Source of the DNA: Eledone cirrhosa
Lineage: Eukaryota
Assembly: GCA_964016885.1 (NCBI GenBank)
Contig: OZ024757.1
Span: forward strand, 31,248,001 to 31,312,000
Reading direction: 5' to 3'
Length of the DNA stretch: 64,000 bases
Shown: positions 18,648 to 32,241 of the stretch, in pieces
How the letters are laid out: every line of letters starts with the position of its first letter
How positions within the stretch are numbered: position 1 is the stretch's first letter
The notes under the pieces: model-generated
What the model saw: the letters and a program-made list of their open reading frames with translations, nothing else
Databases searched by the model: none
Told to the model about the DNA's origin: nothing
Program-made: the position numbers and the translations under genes

Positions 18648-19067
18648 TAGAATGAGAGAGAGGGAGAGAAATAGAAGGGGATCAGTAATCCCCCACTTAG
18701 TGCTATTAACTATTCTAAGCAAAATAAAGTCTTAAATAAAATAATGCTAATCGAATATTAATAGATTACACGCTTCTTTTAGTAGCTTGTATCTATGTAC
18801 CTGAAATTGTAACTGTGTGTATGCATGTTTATGTGTGTGTGTAGATATTTATGTGCATATATACACGCATACTGAGTATGTATGTCTGTACATACAAGTG
18901 CATATATGCATATATATTTGAAAATATATATATATATATATTTGTATGTATACATATATGCATATATATTTGTACGTATACATATATGCATATATATTGT
19001 ATACATATACATATATGTATATATATATATGTATATGTATACATATATATATATATATTTGTATATA

Positions 19068-19111
<44 letters not shown>

Positions 19112-19413
19112 TATTTGTATGTATACATATATGCATATATATTGTATACATATACATATATGTATATATATATATTTGTATATGTATATATATATATATA
19201 TATTTGTATATATACATATATGCATAAATATTTGCATATATACATATTTATATGTATACACATATGCATATATATTTGTATATATACATATATGCATATA
19301 TATTTGTATAAATACACATATACATATATATTTGCATATGTATTTGTATATATATTTGTTTATATACATATCTGCATATTTATGTGTATATATATATATA
19401 TGTATACATGGCT

Positions 19414-19484
<71 letters not shown>

Positions 19485-19619
19485 AGCCATGAAGTGGTTA
19501 TATCCTGCAAGCTGACAGATGTGTTGACTGGTGAGCTTTTTTAATACACATCGTGCAGAGAAACCATAAGACTTAATTAATCTTGAGTTATGTCATCTTT
19601 CTTGCGTGCTCTTACTGAC

Positions 19620-20730
<1,111 letters not shown>

Positions 20731-20978
20731 TCTCTGTGATTATAATTGTGTCTCTTTCTGTATTATATGAGTAGATGTATCCGCTGTAAAAAAAAAATTA
20801 AATTAAAATTAAAAAAAAAATCATTTTTACAATAATTAAATTAAATGCCAAACAAGAAAAACAACTAAATATAGATTTTTTTCTCTCAATTGAAACCTCT
20901 AATTATGTGTGGCTACTTGACCTGAGAGAATTAGCCGCAAATCTCCCTCAAATTGGGGCGGGTAATCAAACTAGACAC

Positions 20979-21018
<40 letters not shown>

Positions 21019-21175
21019 TGTATGTATAGTATATTTGGCAATATACTGATATACGGTATGTTTGATTTAAAACATTTTGAAGACCATTCGCTATGAGTTT
21101 TAAAGTAGTGACTATGTCACTTACTTACTCTTGGCAAAAACAACAGAGTATATATATATATATACACATATACAT

Positions 21176-21300
<125 letters not shown>

Positions 21301-21551
21301 TATAAATATGGTTCCAGGAAAAGACAGGGAAAGCTAGACATGAAGAAGTGGATAGGAGAGATTTATTGAGTTCAATCTTCCTTAACATATGTTTCTGTAC
21401 AATTACATAACCGCCTACATCCGCTGACTGCAGTACAGAATATTCATTCGCATGCATTACGTGTCTATGATAGCATTTCATTAGAAGAGGACAAGAAGAA
21501 AAATTGGTTATACTCCTAGATGTGGCTACCGCATTTCTGCAATAAGCCAAT

Positions 21552-21724
21552 AAGCAGTAGAAGGTCGCACGCTATGCTTTGTAGCACAGTTATGTCCCTT
21601 TACGGACTGAGTTCAAATCCCGCCGAGGTTAACTTTGCCTTTCATCCTTACGTAGTCGATAAAATAAAGTACCAGTAATACACTGGGATAATTGCTGGCC
21701 TTGTGCCAAAAAGTAGTAACAATT
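21552..21724 (+). mobile_element. SINE S1
   Basis: GAGTTCAAATCCCGCCGAGGTTAACTTTGCCTTTCATCC...GTGCCAAAAGTAG. Confidence 0.85.
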
Positions 21725-21744
21725 TTTAACTGCTGACAAACTTT

Positions 21745-22163
21745 TGAAAAAATAAGGCCGGATTTCAAATATATTTTTAATGTTACAGAATCATGATACA
21801 TATTTCCATAGCTAACAAGCCCAAGTCATCAGACCATGGCGCACGGCATATGGCGACGTCTTCAGGTGTTATTCGCATAAAAAGATAAAGTAATCAGTTA
21901 CTGGATTACAGCAAAACATAAACAAAGAATTGATATGGAGGCAGACTTTCAATTATTGCTCCCCCAGTGACAGGTCGCAATTACCGCCTCCGTGTTAATT
22001 CTTTGTTTATGTTTTGTTGTAATCTTTTTATGTGAGTAATACCTGAAGATGTCGCCATATGTCTTACGTCATAACTTGATGAGGTGGGCCTGTCTGCCAT
22101 AGAAATACGTATCGAGATTTTGTAACATTAAAAGAATATTTGTAATACAGCCTTGTTTTTTCA
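21745..22163. mobile_element. Long diverged inverted repeat with an outward-facing HHR-like motif in each arm
   Basis: Arms 21745-21942 and 21986-22163; minus CTGATGA..GAAA TATG TA at 21791-21838; plus TTGATGA..GAAA TACGTA TC at 22076-22113. Confidence 0.7.
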
Positions 22164-22164
22164 T

Positions 22165-22221
<57 letters not shown>

Positions 22222-22225
<4 letters not shown>

Positions 22226-22414
22226 AAAAGAGTCAAGACCCCGACGGCTGAGCTCCGGCCGTTCCGACAGCTGGATCCAAACTAGCTGTCGAAACGGCGG
22301 AGCTCAGCCGTCGGGGTCTTGACTCTTTTCCTATTACCCACTCTACTACCCTAAGTATCGAATACTCTGGTGCTTTATGGTCCTCCTGGTTCCTTACCAC
22401 ACTTTCTTTGCTTT
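22222..22414 (+). mobile_element. Family A copy 5
   Basis: GGAAAAGAGTCAAGACCCC...GGGGTCTTGACTCTTTTCC plus tail, in (TA)n. Confidence 0.85.
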
Positions 22415-22419
22415 ATATA

Positions 22420-22470
<51 letters not shown>

Positions 22471-22571
22471 ATTCTAATCTAATATAGTCACACTCTACTA
22501 TCCTAAGTATGGAGTACTCTGTTGAATAATTGTCTGAAGACTGGTTTAATCCTGATATATATATGTGTGTG

Positions 22572-22615
<44 letters not shown>

Positions 22616-22639
22616 GCGCGTGTGTTTGTAAGTATGTGG

Positions 22640-22688
<49 letters not shown>

Positions 22689-23079
22689 GCGCGTGTGTTT
22701 GTAAGTATGTGGATAAATAAATATATATATATATACATGAGATAACTTATATTATCACGTAGTACCATCATATATTGCTTGAATTCTTTGCTACAAACTT
22801 CGACCATAAATATCCATTACATGTAATTTGTATCCAACAAAGTCAGACATATTTTCTAAGGCTTTGTTTCCCATAACTAGGCTTCCTTTCAGCATTTTAA
22901 TTTGATTACTAATTCATTTGATTTACTGTTTATGATTCCATTCTACGCTTGTAATGTTTGTTAAATATTTTATCATCTATAAACTATTACTGCTGTCAGT
23001 AAATATTCGCTTGCAGTAAATGTAATAATGGATGCTGTGTTTTCGTTGGATTTATAATTTTTCGTTTTTTTTAAAAATA

Positions 23080-23715
23080 TTATCGTCGTTGTTGTCGTAT
23101 TCGTAGCGGTATAGAGATACGGCCCTTTGCGTTGTGAGTTCAAACATCGCCAAGGTTAACTATGCCTTTCATCCTTACAGGGTCGATAAAATAAATAGCC
23201 AGTATTGCACTCGGGTCGATTTGATCGCCGAGGTTAGCTTTGCCTTTCGTCCTTACGAGGTCGATAAAATAAAGTACCAGTAATGTACTGGCGTAGATTT
23301 GATCGCTGAGGTTAGCGTTGCCTTTCAGCTATACGAAGTTAAAAAAAAAGAAAGTACCAGTAACGCACTGGGGTAGAAAAAATGTAAATGTAATATAAGT
23401 TGTGTTTTCATTCGTTTTTTCATATTATCGTCGTTGTAGTGGTATAGAGTTACGGCCCTTTGCGTTCTGAGTTCAAATCACGCCAAGGTTAGCTTTGCCT
23501 TTCATCCTTACGAGGTCGATAAAATAAAGTACCAGTAATGCACTGGGGTAGATTTAATCTTTTTTCCCCTCCCACAAAAATGTAAATGCACTATATGCTG
23601 TGTTTTCATTGGAGATATCATTTTTCATTTTATCGTCGTCGTCTCGGTATAGACTTACACTGGGGTCAATATAATCGACTTCCCCTTCCCCCAGAAATTG
23701 CTGGCCTTTAGCCCA
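23080..23715 (+). mobile_element. Cluster of tandemly duplicated SINE S1 cores
   Basis: Four repeats of (G/A)AGGTTA..TTGCCTTTC...AAAGTACCAGT. Confidence 0.8.
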
Positions 23716-23864
23716 TATAAACATACATGCATGCAGGCATACATACATACATATATGTGACTGACTAAACGAACATGTGCTTTCTCTCGAAAATACTTTT
23801 TTCCTTTCTTCCCCTTTTTACTTTCCCCTCAACCTTTTTTTTTCTTCGTTTATTTCTCATTCTA

Positions 23865-23900
23865 TTTTCTGATGAAGTACTACCGTCCGAAACGTTAAGA
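23865..23900 (+). ncRNA. Minimal HHR motif (H2)
   Basis: TTTT CTGATGA AGTAC TACC GTCC GAAA CG TT AAGA; palindromic AACGTT. Confidence 0.6.
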
Positions 23901-24061
23901 CTATTTTCCTACTATATGAAACGTTAAACTAACATATTACTTTAGTGTACTGTATCGTTTGTCTGTGTTTAATCGTTTACTTTTCGCATACACACACACA
24001 CATACATACACGCACATATATCTACGCTCCCCCCACACACACATACATACACAGACACACA

Positions 24062-24116
<55 letters not shown>

Positions 24117-24181
24117 AGCGAACCTTCAACCGTCAAGGTTGTTTTTCTAAGGGTATGTCAACATTTATAAAACATATTTTG

Positions 24182-24246
24182 TATTTTATCTGATGAAAGC
24201 TCACCAAAACTGCCTTGGTTGCCCTTGAAATATATATAATAAAATA
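24182..24246 (+). ncRNA. Minimal HHR motif (lineage H3)
   Basis: TATTTTAT CTGATGA AAG..ACCAA-loop-TTGGT..CTT GAAA TATATA TA ATAAAATA; perfect 8-bp stem I. Confidence 0.75.
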
Positions 24247-24276
24247 ATTATGGTTTTAAAAATATAGTTTCCATTT

Positions 24277-24329
<53 letters not shown>

Positions 24330-24472
24330 ATATATATATATATACCCCAACACATACACATACATGCACACACACACACGGTGATATGTCAAACCGGTAT
24401 TGTAAATAAATTAATGTTTTGATATTTCACTGAAATAATCTCTTCAACATTTTCGACTGAAAAAATCTTTTT

Positions 24473-24536
<64 letters not shown>

Positions 24537-24580
24537 GAAATAAACCAAAGAAGCCTTCAATACATCAAAAGTCTTTATTA

Positions 24581-24618
24581 GCCAACAATGTTTCGTCATA
24601 TTAAGGACTCATCAGGGC
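24581..24618 (-). ncRNA. Minimal HHR motif (H4, left arm)
   Basis: GCC CTGATGA GTC CTTAATAT GAC GAAA CATTG TT GGC; GUU triplet. Confidence 0.75.
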
Positions 24619-24797
24619 AAGTAAAGCTATAAGAAGCACTATCGGCCAATAGAAGCCATGTAATATGGTTCAAAATGTTATTCACTTCCTTAGCAATTTT
24701 TACTTGATAATTTTCCTATGCTTTAATGTATGTATACTCCATATTCTTCTGAGGTTTTGGCTTGTATTGGCCGATAGGGCTTCTTATAGCTTTACTT

Positions 24798-24835
24798 GCC
24801 CTGATGAGTCCTTAATAGGACGAAACATTGTGGGC
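24798..24835 (+). ncRNA. Minimal HHR motif (H4, right arm)
   Basis: GCC CTGATGA GTCC TTAATA GGAC GAAA CATTG TG GGC; triplet is GUG (non-NUH). Confidence 0.7.
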
Positions 24836-24983
24836 TAATAAAGACTTTTGATGTATTGAAGGCTTCTTTGGTTTATTTCTTAATTCTTCGGCTCTGTTTA
24901 ATTACATTGAGCTATACCTTTACTCTCATTTCTATAATATGAAGAGGGTGTTTAACTCCAACACACTCTAGTATTTTAATTCT

Positions 24984-25015
<32 letters not shown>

Positions 25016-25252
25016 ATCCCCACACATACACACACATATATATATATATATATTTGTGTGTGTATGTGTCTGTCTGTGTGTGTACACGTCGGGCTTCTGT
25101 AGTAGCTGGCTACCAAGTCCCAACCACATATTTACAAATGTGAGTCTGTCCATCAACTCTTAACTTACTTATTGATCCAGATGTAAAACTGTTTGCTCTA
25201 CATCTGCTGTCTGCTTTACATCTGTCGCCTGTCTAACGTACATCTGTTTACA

Positions 25253-25392
<140 letters not shown>

Positions 25393-25618
25393 ATGCAAGT
25401 ATATATATATACATATATACAGATGCACAGACACTCCTTCCCTCACCACACACACATGCGCGCATACATACATATGTATATGCATATATATATATATATA
25501 TATATACATATACAGACACATATCTATATAGGTATTAGTATTGGTACTCATATATATATATATATATATATTTGTGTGTGTATGTGTGGTGAGGGAATGG
25601 GGAAGGGTGAGTGTCTGC

Positions 25619-25675
<57 letters not shown>

Positions 25676-26007
25676 TACATTTATCTATGAGATAGATAAG
25701 TGTGTTTGCGGCTTTGTATTAGAGATCAAAGAGCCAATCCATCATATTTCATTGATTAATCTGAGATTGAGTGATATATTTACTAGCGACGTGTGGTTAT
25801 ATATACACACACACACATATATATATATGACATACACACACACATATATATATATATACTGTATATATAAATGATATAGATATATGTATGTTTGTGTGTG
25901 TATATATATGTGTATATATATATATATTTGTGTATATATATATATATTTATGTGTGTGTGTGTAAGTGTGTATATATATTTGTGTATATATATATATATG
26001 TGTGTGA

Positions 26008-26039
<32 letters not shown>

Positions 26040-26131
26040 GCGTATGTATATATATATATATATATGTGTATGTATATATATATATATATATTATATTTAT
26101 GTGTGTGTATGTGTGTGTTCATATATTTGTG

Positions 26132-26185
<54 letters not shown>

Positions 26186-26327
26186 CGTATATATGCGTAT
26201 GTATATATATATGTGTATGTCTGTTTGAATGTGTATAAGTGGTGGTGGTGTTGGTGTGTGTATGTGTGAGAGAGATGAGGCGAGAGGCAGTCAAATAGAG
26301 AGAGAGGAGGAGAAAGAAAGAGAGACA

Positions 26328-26390
<63 letters not shown>

Positions 26391-27096
26391 CGGGGAATTC
26401 ATTTGTGAAATTACGAGAGATTAGATCAGACATGTATTTGTCTGATACATGTATAAATGGTGGTGTTGGGTTGTGTGGGGTGAGAGACAAACAGACATAT
26501 AGAGAAAGAGAGAGAATGGTAGAGATTGGGAGAGAGAAAATGGGTGAGACTGAGAGAGAGAGAGAGAGAGATGAGGGAGAGAGCATGAGAGGTGTAAAGT
26601 GAGGGAAAGAGAGATAGGGAGAGAGAAAGTAAGAGAGAGGTGACAGAGAAACAGACGGATAGGGAGAGAGAGAGAGGAGACGGATAGGTAGAGAATGAGA
26701 GAGAGAGAGAAATAAGGAGAATGATAGGAAGAAAGAGAGAGAGAGAAAAATAAGGAGAATGATAGGGAAAAGGAGAGACAGATAGAGAGAGAGAGAGAGA
26801 GAGAGTTCCTTGTGGGATTATGTACGATTAGTTTACATATATGCTAAAGATTATATATAAGTGTTTGTGTATATTATGTGAAAGAGAGAAAACGTGGGAT
26901 ATATATATATATAGAGGGAGAGAGATATAGAAGGAGAGAGGTAGAGATAAATAGAGAGTGGTAGAGAGAGGTAGAGATAGAGAGCATTAGAGAGAGGTAG
27001 AAACAGACAATCCAAAACAAAGAGAGAAGGGAGACGAATTCAGAGAAAAATTGAGTTCATGAAAATATGAGATCATTTCGTTTATACGCCATAGAT

Positions 27097-27127
<31 letters not shown>

Positions 27128-27169
27128 ATATATACACAGACACATAGGTATTTATATACACACACGCAC

Positions 27170-27219
<50 letters not shown>

Positions 27220-27221
<2 letters not shown>

Positions 27222-27409
27222 CGAAGGTAATGTGGTAAGGAACCAGGTGGACCATAACGCACCAAAGTACTCAATACTTAGGGTAGTAGAGTGGGTAATA
27301 GGAACAAGTAAGACCCCGACGGCTGAGCTCAAGCCGTTTCGACGGCTAATTCTGTACTCAAATTAGCCGTCGAAACGGCTTGAGCTCAGCCGTCGGGGTC
27401 TTACTTGTT

Positions 27410-27414
<5 letters not shown>
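27220..27414 (-). mobile_element. Family A copy 6 (perfect 54-bp arms, 9-nt loop)
   Basis: 27298-27351 is the exact reverse complement of 27361-27414; tail on the left; (TA)n on both sides. Confidence 0.9.
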
Positions 27415-27471
<57 letters not shown>

Positions 27472-27571
27472 CATATATATATATATATACACATATATAT
27501 ATATAAAATAAGAATTTTATTTCGGTCACTCTCTCTCTCTCCCCCTCTCTCTCTCCCTCTCTCTCTCTCTC

Positions 27572-27651
<80 letters not shown>

Positions 27652-27673
27652 GTATATATGAATGTATATATGC

Positions 27674-27712
<39 letters not shown>

Positions 27713-27727
27713 TATATATATATATAT

Positions 27728-29122
27728 TTCAAAAAGGGAAACAAATCCCTTGCCGTGAATTACCGTCCAATCTCACTCACCTCTCATATCATTAAGGTAT
27801 TTGAGAGAGTGGTGAGATCGCGAATGACCCACTTCCTTGAGAGTAACAATATGCTGAACTCCAACCAGCATGGATTCCGTAATGGAAGGGATTGCCTGAC
27901 GCAGCTACTGCATCACTTTGATGACATTTTGAGAGCCTTGGGAGAGGGTTCCAACACTGATGTTATCTACCTTGATTTCAGCAAGGCCTTTGACAGGGTT
28001 GATCATAACATTCTAATGAGAAAGCTGTCCAATATTGGTGTCACTGGAAAGCTACTGCAGTGGATCAAGAGCTTCCTGTCAAATAGAACCCAACATGTTG
28101 TAGTTGAAGGAGTCAAATCCAGCCCAGCCAAAGTCAGTAGTGGGGTCCCACAAGGCACTGTGTTGGGCCCACTTCTCTTCATCATCTATATTAATGACAT
28201 CACTGACATCATCAAACACAGCAACATTAAAATTTTCGCTGATGATTCCAAGCTCCAAAAGGTCATCAATGGCGTGGATGACCGGATAAGCCTTCAGTCA
28301 GACCTACTGGCTGTTACCCAATGGGCGGAAAAGAACAACATGTTACTGAACGAAGACAAATTCGAACTGATCCACTTTGGAAAAGAGGATGTTCTGAAAC
28401 TCCCGTACTCCCTTCCCTCCGGGGAAACTCTCGTGGCATCTAACAACATCAGAGACTTGGGAGTAACCGTGGACAGCAACATAAGCTGGGCCACGCATAT
28501 AAGCAGCAAAGTTGACATGGCCCGCAGAATGTGTTCCTGGATCCTCAGAACCTTCCAGTCGAGAGATTCCCACACCATTATCCTTCTCTTCTCTACTTTT
28601 ACCCGACCACACCTTGAATACTGTTGTCCACTGTGGTCTCCCCACACGAAACAAAGTATCATGAAACTTGAAGCTCCTCAAAGGGCAATCACGAAAAAGA
28701 TAGATGGCATGTCAGACCTTGACTACTGGGGTCGACTAGAAAACCTGAAACTTTACTCACTCCAACGTCGCCGTGAGCGTTATATTATCTGCATGATGTG
28801 GAAAATGTTCCATCATCACTGCCCAAATGATGTTGGCATCGCCTTCAAGATACACCCAAGGCTTGGGCCCCGTGCTATCCGTCCCATTCAAAAATCTAAA
28901 TCGCAACTCATAACAACAATACGGCACAATTATTTCACCTCAATCGGCCCTGCTCTCTTCAAAATCACACCAGGACACGTCAAAACAGAAACTGACCACA
29001 CAAAATTCAAGAAGTCTTTGGACAAATTCCTCCATGTAATCCCGGACAAACCACCCACACCCGGATATGTCTCCGCAAACAGTAATTCTCTTCTCGAATG
29101 GGCCATGGTGCCCAAATCCTGA
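27728..29122 (+). CDS. Reverse transcriptase of a 5'-truncated CR1-group non-LTR retrotransposon (no start codon)
   Basis: Uninterrupted ~464 codons: [66 protein letters not shown]. Confidence 0.93.
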   Translation, partial: FKKGNKSLAVNYRPISLTSHIIKVFERVVRSRMTHFLESNNMLNSNQHGFRNGRDCLTQLLHHFDDILRALGEGSNTDVIYLDFSKAFDRVDHNILMRKLSNIGVTGKLLQWIKSFLSNRTQHVVVEGVKSSPAKVSSGVPQGTVLGPLLFIIYINDITDIIKHSNIKIFADDSKLQKVINGVDDRISLQSDLLAVTQWAEKNNMLLNEDKFELIHFGKEDVLKLPYSLPSGETLVASNNIRDLGVTVDSNISWATHISSKVDMARRMCSWILRTFQSRDSHTIILLFSTFTRPHLEYCCPLWSPHTKQSIMKLEAPQRAITKKIDGMSDLDYWGRLENLKLYSLQRRRERYIICMMWKMFHHHCPNDVGIAFKIHPRLGPRAIRPIQKSKSQLITTIRHNYFTSIGPALFKITPGHVKTETDHTKFKKSLDKFLHVIPDKPPTPGYVSANSNSLLEWAMVPKS

Positions 29123-29220
29123 ATTGAAAGACTTCGCCAGGTGGTGCTATTAAGTTAGACATGGCCTGGGCCAATACTGGCCAAAACATTTCAAAGTTAT
29201 TCAAAGTTATTCAAAGTTAT
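27728..29220 (+). mobile_element. Young 5'-truncated CR1-like LINE with (TCAAAGTTAT)3 tail, inserted in (TA)n
   Basis: Intact ORF, short 3' UTR, tandem 10-bp tail at 29191-29220. Confidence 0.9.
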
Positions 29221-29255
29221 ATGTATATGTATGTACATATATATATATATATATG

Positions 29256-29300
<45 letters not shown>

Positions 29301-29311
29301 TCATGCATATA

Positions 29312-29582
29312 TATGAGGGGAGCCTGTAAGTGCGACATTGTGTGTGTTAATAAAACAGAGAGAGAGTGTGAGTGAGAATGTTTGTAGTGTTTACGTGTTC
29401 ACTGTTTCGTGAAAATTATGTCCCCGACAATCTCCCATATATAAATCCCATCCTGCAGTGCAAAGCTATTGATTTGTGAGGGTGTGATTTAAGTAAAGAG
29501 GTCAAACTATAAAACAACATCGTAGTCTATTGAACTGTTGAATCCGGCGTCTTACTGGACATTGCTGTTATGGAACCTCGTA
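29312..29582. mobile_element. Possible decayed Tc1/mariner-type deletion derivative
   Basis: Ends TATGAGG...CCTCGTA resemble mariner termini with TA; the match is short. Confidence 0.3.
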
Positions 29583-29591
29583 AGAATAACC

Positions 29592-29622
<31 letters not shown>

Positions 29623-29628
29623 TATAAT

Positions 29629-29680
<52 letters not shown>

Positions 29681-29681
<1 letters not shown>

Positions 29682-29868
29682 CGAGGGAAAAGTGGTAAGG
29701 AACCAGGTGGACCATAAAGCACCAAAGTACTCAATACTTAGGGTAGTAGAGTGGGTAATAGGAGTAAGTAAGACCCCGACGGCTGAGCTCAAGCCGTTTT
29801 GACGGCTAATTCTGTACTGAATTAGCCGTCGAAACGGCTTGAGCTCAGCCGTCGGGGTCTTACTTACT

Positions 29869-29872
<4 letters not shown>
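29681..29872 (-). mobile_element. Family A copy 7
   Basis: Near-perfect hairpin GGAGTAAGTAAG.../...CTTACTTACTCC plus tail. Confidence 0.9.
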
Positions 29873-29908
<36 letters not shown>

Positions 29909-29924
29909 GATATAGATAGATATG

Positions 29925-30195
29925 TTTCTTTTATTTGCCACCAGGGCATCAAAAGTGGGACAAGTACAAAGGGGGGAGTTTACACAAAAAGGCGTCCTCA
30001 ATAAGGAGGAGGCAATAACAATGTATAAAAATAAAATAAAATATAACAAAAAATAAAATTTATAACAAAATCCTCAATAGAGAGGAGGCGCCTTGGGGGG
30101 TCGCACACACCCCCGAAAAAAGTGTGCAACCCTTTTCCTCAGGAGCACAGAGAGGGGGTGCTCCCTCGTTCCTTCCTCTTTTCCACCTACAGGCT
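29925..30195 (-). mobile_element. Tx1-like LINE 3' UTR fragment
   Basis: Minus strand ends GCCCTGGTGGCAAATAAAGAAA followed by ATCT-type repeats. Confidence 0.6.
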
Positions 30196-30254
30196 TATAG
30201 ATAGATAGGTAGGCAGATAGATATATATAGAGAGAGAGAAAGAGAGAGGGGGTA

Positions 30255-30376
30255 GAGATCGATAAACTAAAGTACCAGTCACGCACTGGGGTCGATTTAA
30301 TTGACTTTCCCCTCCCCCAATTTTGCTGATCTTGTGCCTATATAAGAAGACATTATTAAATAACTGATTTTGAAAA
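30255..30376 (+). repeat. 122-bp local duplicate of 31237-31358 (SINE 3' half plus flank)
   Basis: Identical by eye, including non-SINE flank ATAACTGATTTTGAAAA. Confidence 0.85.
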
Positions 30377-30531
30377 CGAAATATATATGTATGTATATGG
30401 AAAGTTATATTTAAATTGTTGGGTTAACAACGAGTAAATATTTATAACTGATATAAAAGCACTCAACAAGTATTTGGAGTATATTTATGATATTAAATAA
30501 ATGGAAACTATATTTATAAAACCATATTTAT

Positions 30532-30591
30532 TTCGTTATATATATTTCAGGGATATCATATTAACAATATGTTATGCCATCTTCAGACAAA
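30532..30591 (-). ncRNA. Minimal HHR motif (H3-like)
   Basis: TTTGT CTGAAGA [imperfect long stem II] GAAA TATATA TA ACGAA. Confidence 0.6.
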
Positions 30592-30835
30592 ATCCGATAT
30601 AAACAGTCTTATAAATAAATAGATACGACATACCTTTCAATCACCTTGCATTTGGGAGGTTGATTTGGAGGTTGATTATGTATGTATATATATATACATA
30701 TATATTTCGTTTCTGAATTTGTTTAGCAAGATTCTTTATCTGAAAACGTGTGTTGAAACCGATATTGTTATGCTTTGGGAGGGTCATGTTGCCTATCTAT
30801 CTATCTATCTGTCTGTCTATCTATCTATCTCTCTC

Positions 30836-31019
30836 CACTTGTACAACACGCTCCTGGAGTTGAGGGTTGTTCTATCGACGGGGTATTAAACAACCCATTT
30901 GTGGCGCTTCCCCGCTATTGGGGATTTCGATTGTTGTAATTGTTTGTTTTTATATTTTTTACACGACATGTCTTCGTATTGTCCCCCTTTCTTGTGCGCC
31001 CTTGTGGCAAATAAAGAAA
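30836..31019 (+). mobile_element. Tx1-like LINE 3' UTR fragment
   Basis: Matches 34658-34860; ends AATAAAGAAA + (TC)n. Confidence 0.75.
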
Positions 31020-31119
31020 TCTCTCTCTCTCTCTCTCTCTCTGTGTCTATCTATCTATAAACATTCTCTGTAACTGATGGCTAGTGATTTCTTTGGTGAG
31101 ATTATAATGAGAATTTATT

Positions 31120-31340
31120 ATGGTGGATTGGCAATATCGGCAGAGGGTCGGACGCCATGTTTTGTGGTATAGAGTTACGGCCCTTTATGATCTGAGTTCA
31201 AATCCTGCCGAGGTTAACTTTGCCTTTCATCCTTACGAGATCGATAAACTAAAGTACCAGTCACGCACTGGGGTCGATTTAATTGACTTTCCCCTCCCCC
31301 AATTTTGCTGATCTTGTGCCTATATAAGAAGACATTATTA
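31120..31340 (+). mobile_element. SINE S1, full length
   Basis: GTGGATTGGCAATATCGG..GAGTTCAAATCC head, core and tail. Confidence 0.85.
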
Positions 31341-31688
31341 AATAACTGATTTTGAAAAGTCCCAGGAACGTGATGAAACGTTCGTAAATCAGCATATAAT
31401 GTATTAATTGTATTTGTCTATTTTGTAGGTGTCTGTTTTAATGAATAATTTGCTTCTAGTGTAATTGTTATTTTTAGCACGATAGAATTTTGTGTACATG
31501 CCTTTCTGGAAAATTCTTTCAAAGGAGTATTATGCATAGCCTTTTATATTGCTTGTATAATAAATTAGTCTATTTTGAGCTGTGTTTAACTTCTCCACCT
31601 ATCTTTAGAACTTGTTTATATTGTTTTTGTAAAAAACGATATTTATTTCCTGTAGAAGCCATTTCTATATTAAACATATAGAAATGGC

Positions 31689-31737
<49 letters not shown>

Positions 31738-31887
31738 TTGTGTGTGTTTATTTTTACACTCTTTCCTACTTTCCTCTACACCCTATACGTCTCATTTTAC
31801 ATTCTGTTATCCGGAGATTTACCCATCTGCATTATTGAGGCTTCCAAAACGACCAATTTTATATATGTTTATATATATATATGTATG

Positions 31888-31941
<54 letters not shown>

Positions 31942-32241
31942 CATATATATATATACACACAGTTCAAGAGTAAACCAATCTTAAATATAGAGATGGAGAT
32001 AGGAGAGGAGAAGAGAGATTGGTGAAGGTATTATAAGCCAAAAGCTTAGAGGCGTGTGCTCAATGTGCAATATGCAGTGGGAAGCAGCTAGAGAACTGGG
32101 TTCATGCAGAGATTAGGTGCACAGAGCTCGAAATATTCATTAGTTAAGCAAATCAAGACGACAAAATTCACATGGAAGACGTTAGTTAAAGAGTGTCAGC
32201 ATTAGTTGCAGTTTAATGTAAAGAATAAAGAGTGCTAACAT

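Larger units (their letters stand above)
24531..24984 (+). mobile_element. Inverted pseudo-LTR-like element: 128-bp arms, spacer and one-sided tail, in (TA)n
   Basis: 24531-24658 is the reverse complement of 24758-24885 (about 4 mismatches); ~100-bp tail, then (TA)n. Confidence 0.85.

Noticed and set aside
27662-27727. N-terminal extension and ATG of the RT ORF
   Set aside because: Lies in the flanking (AT)n tract; the element is 5'-truncated
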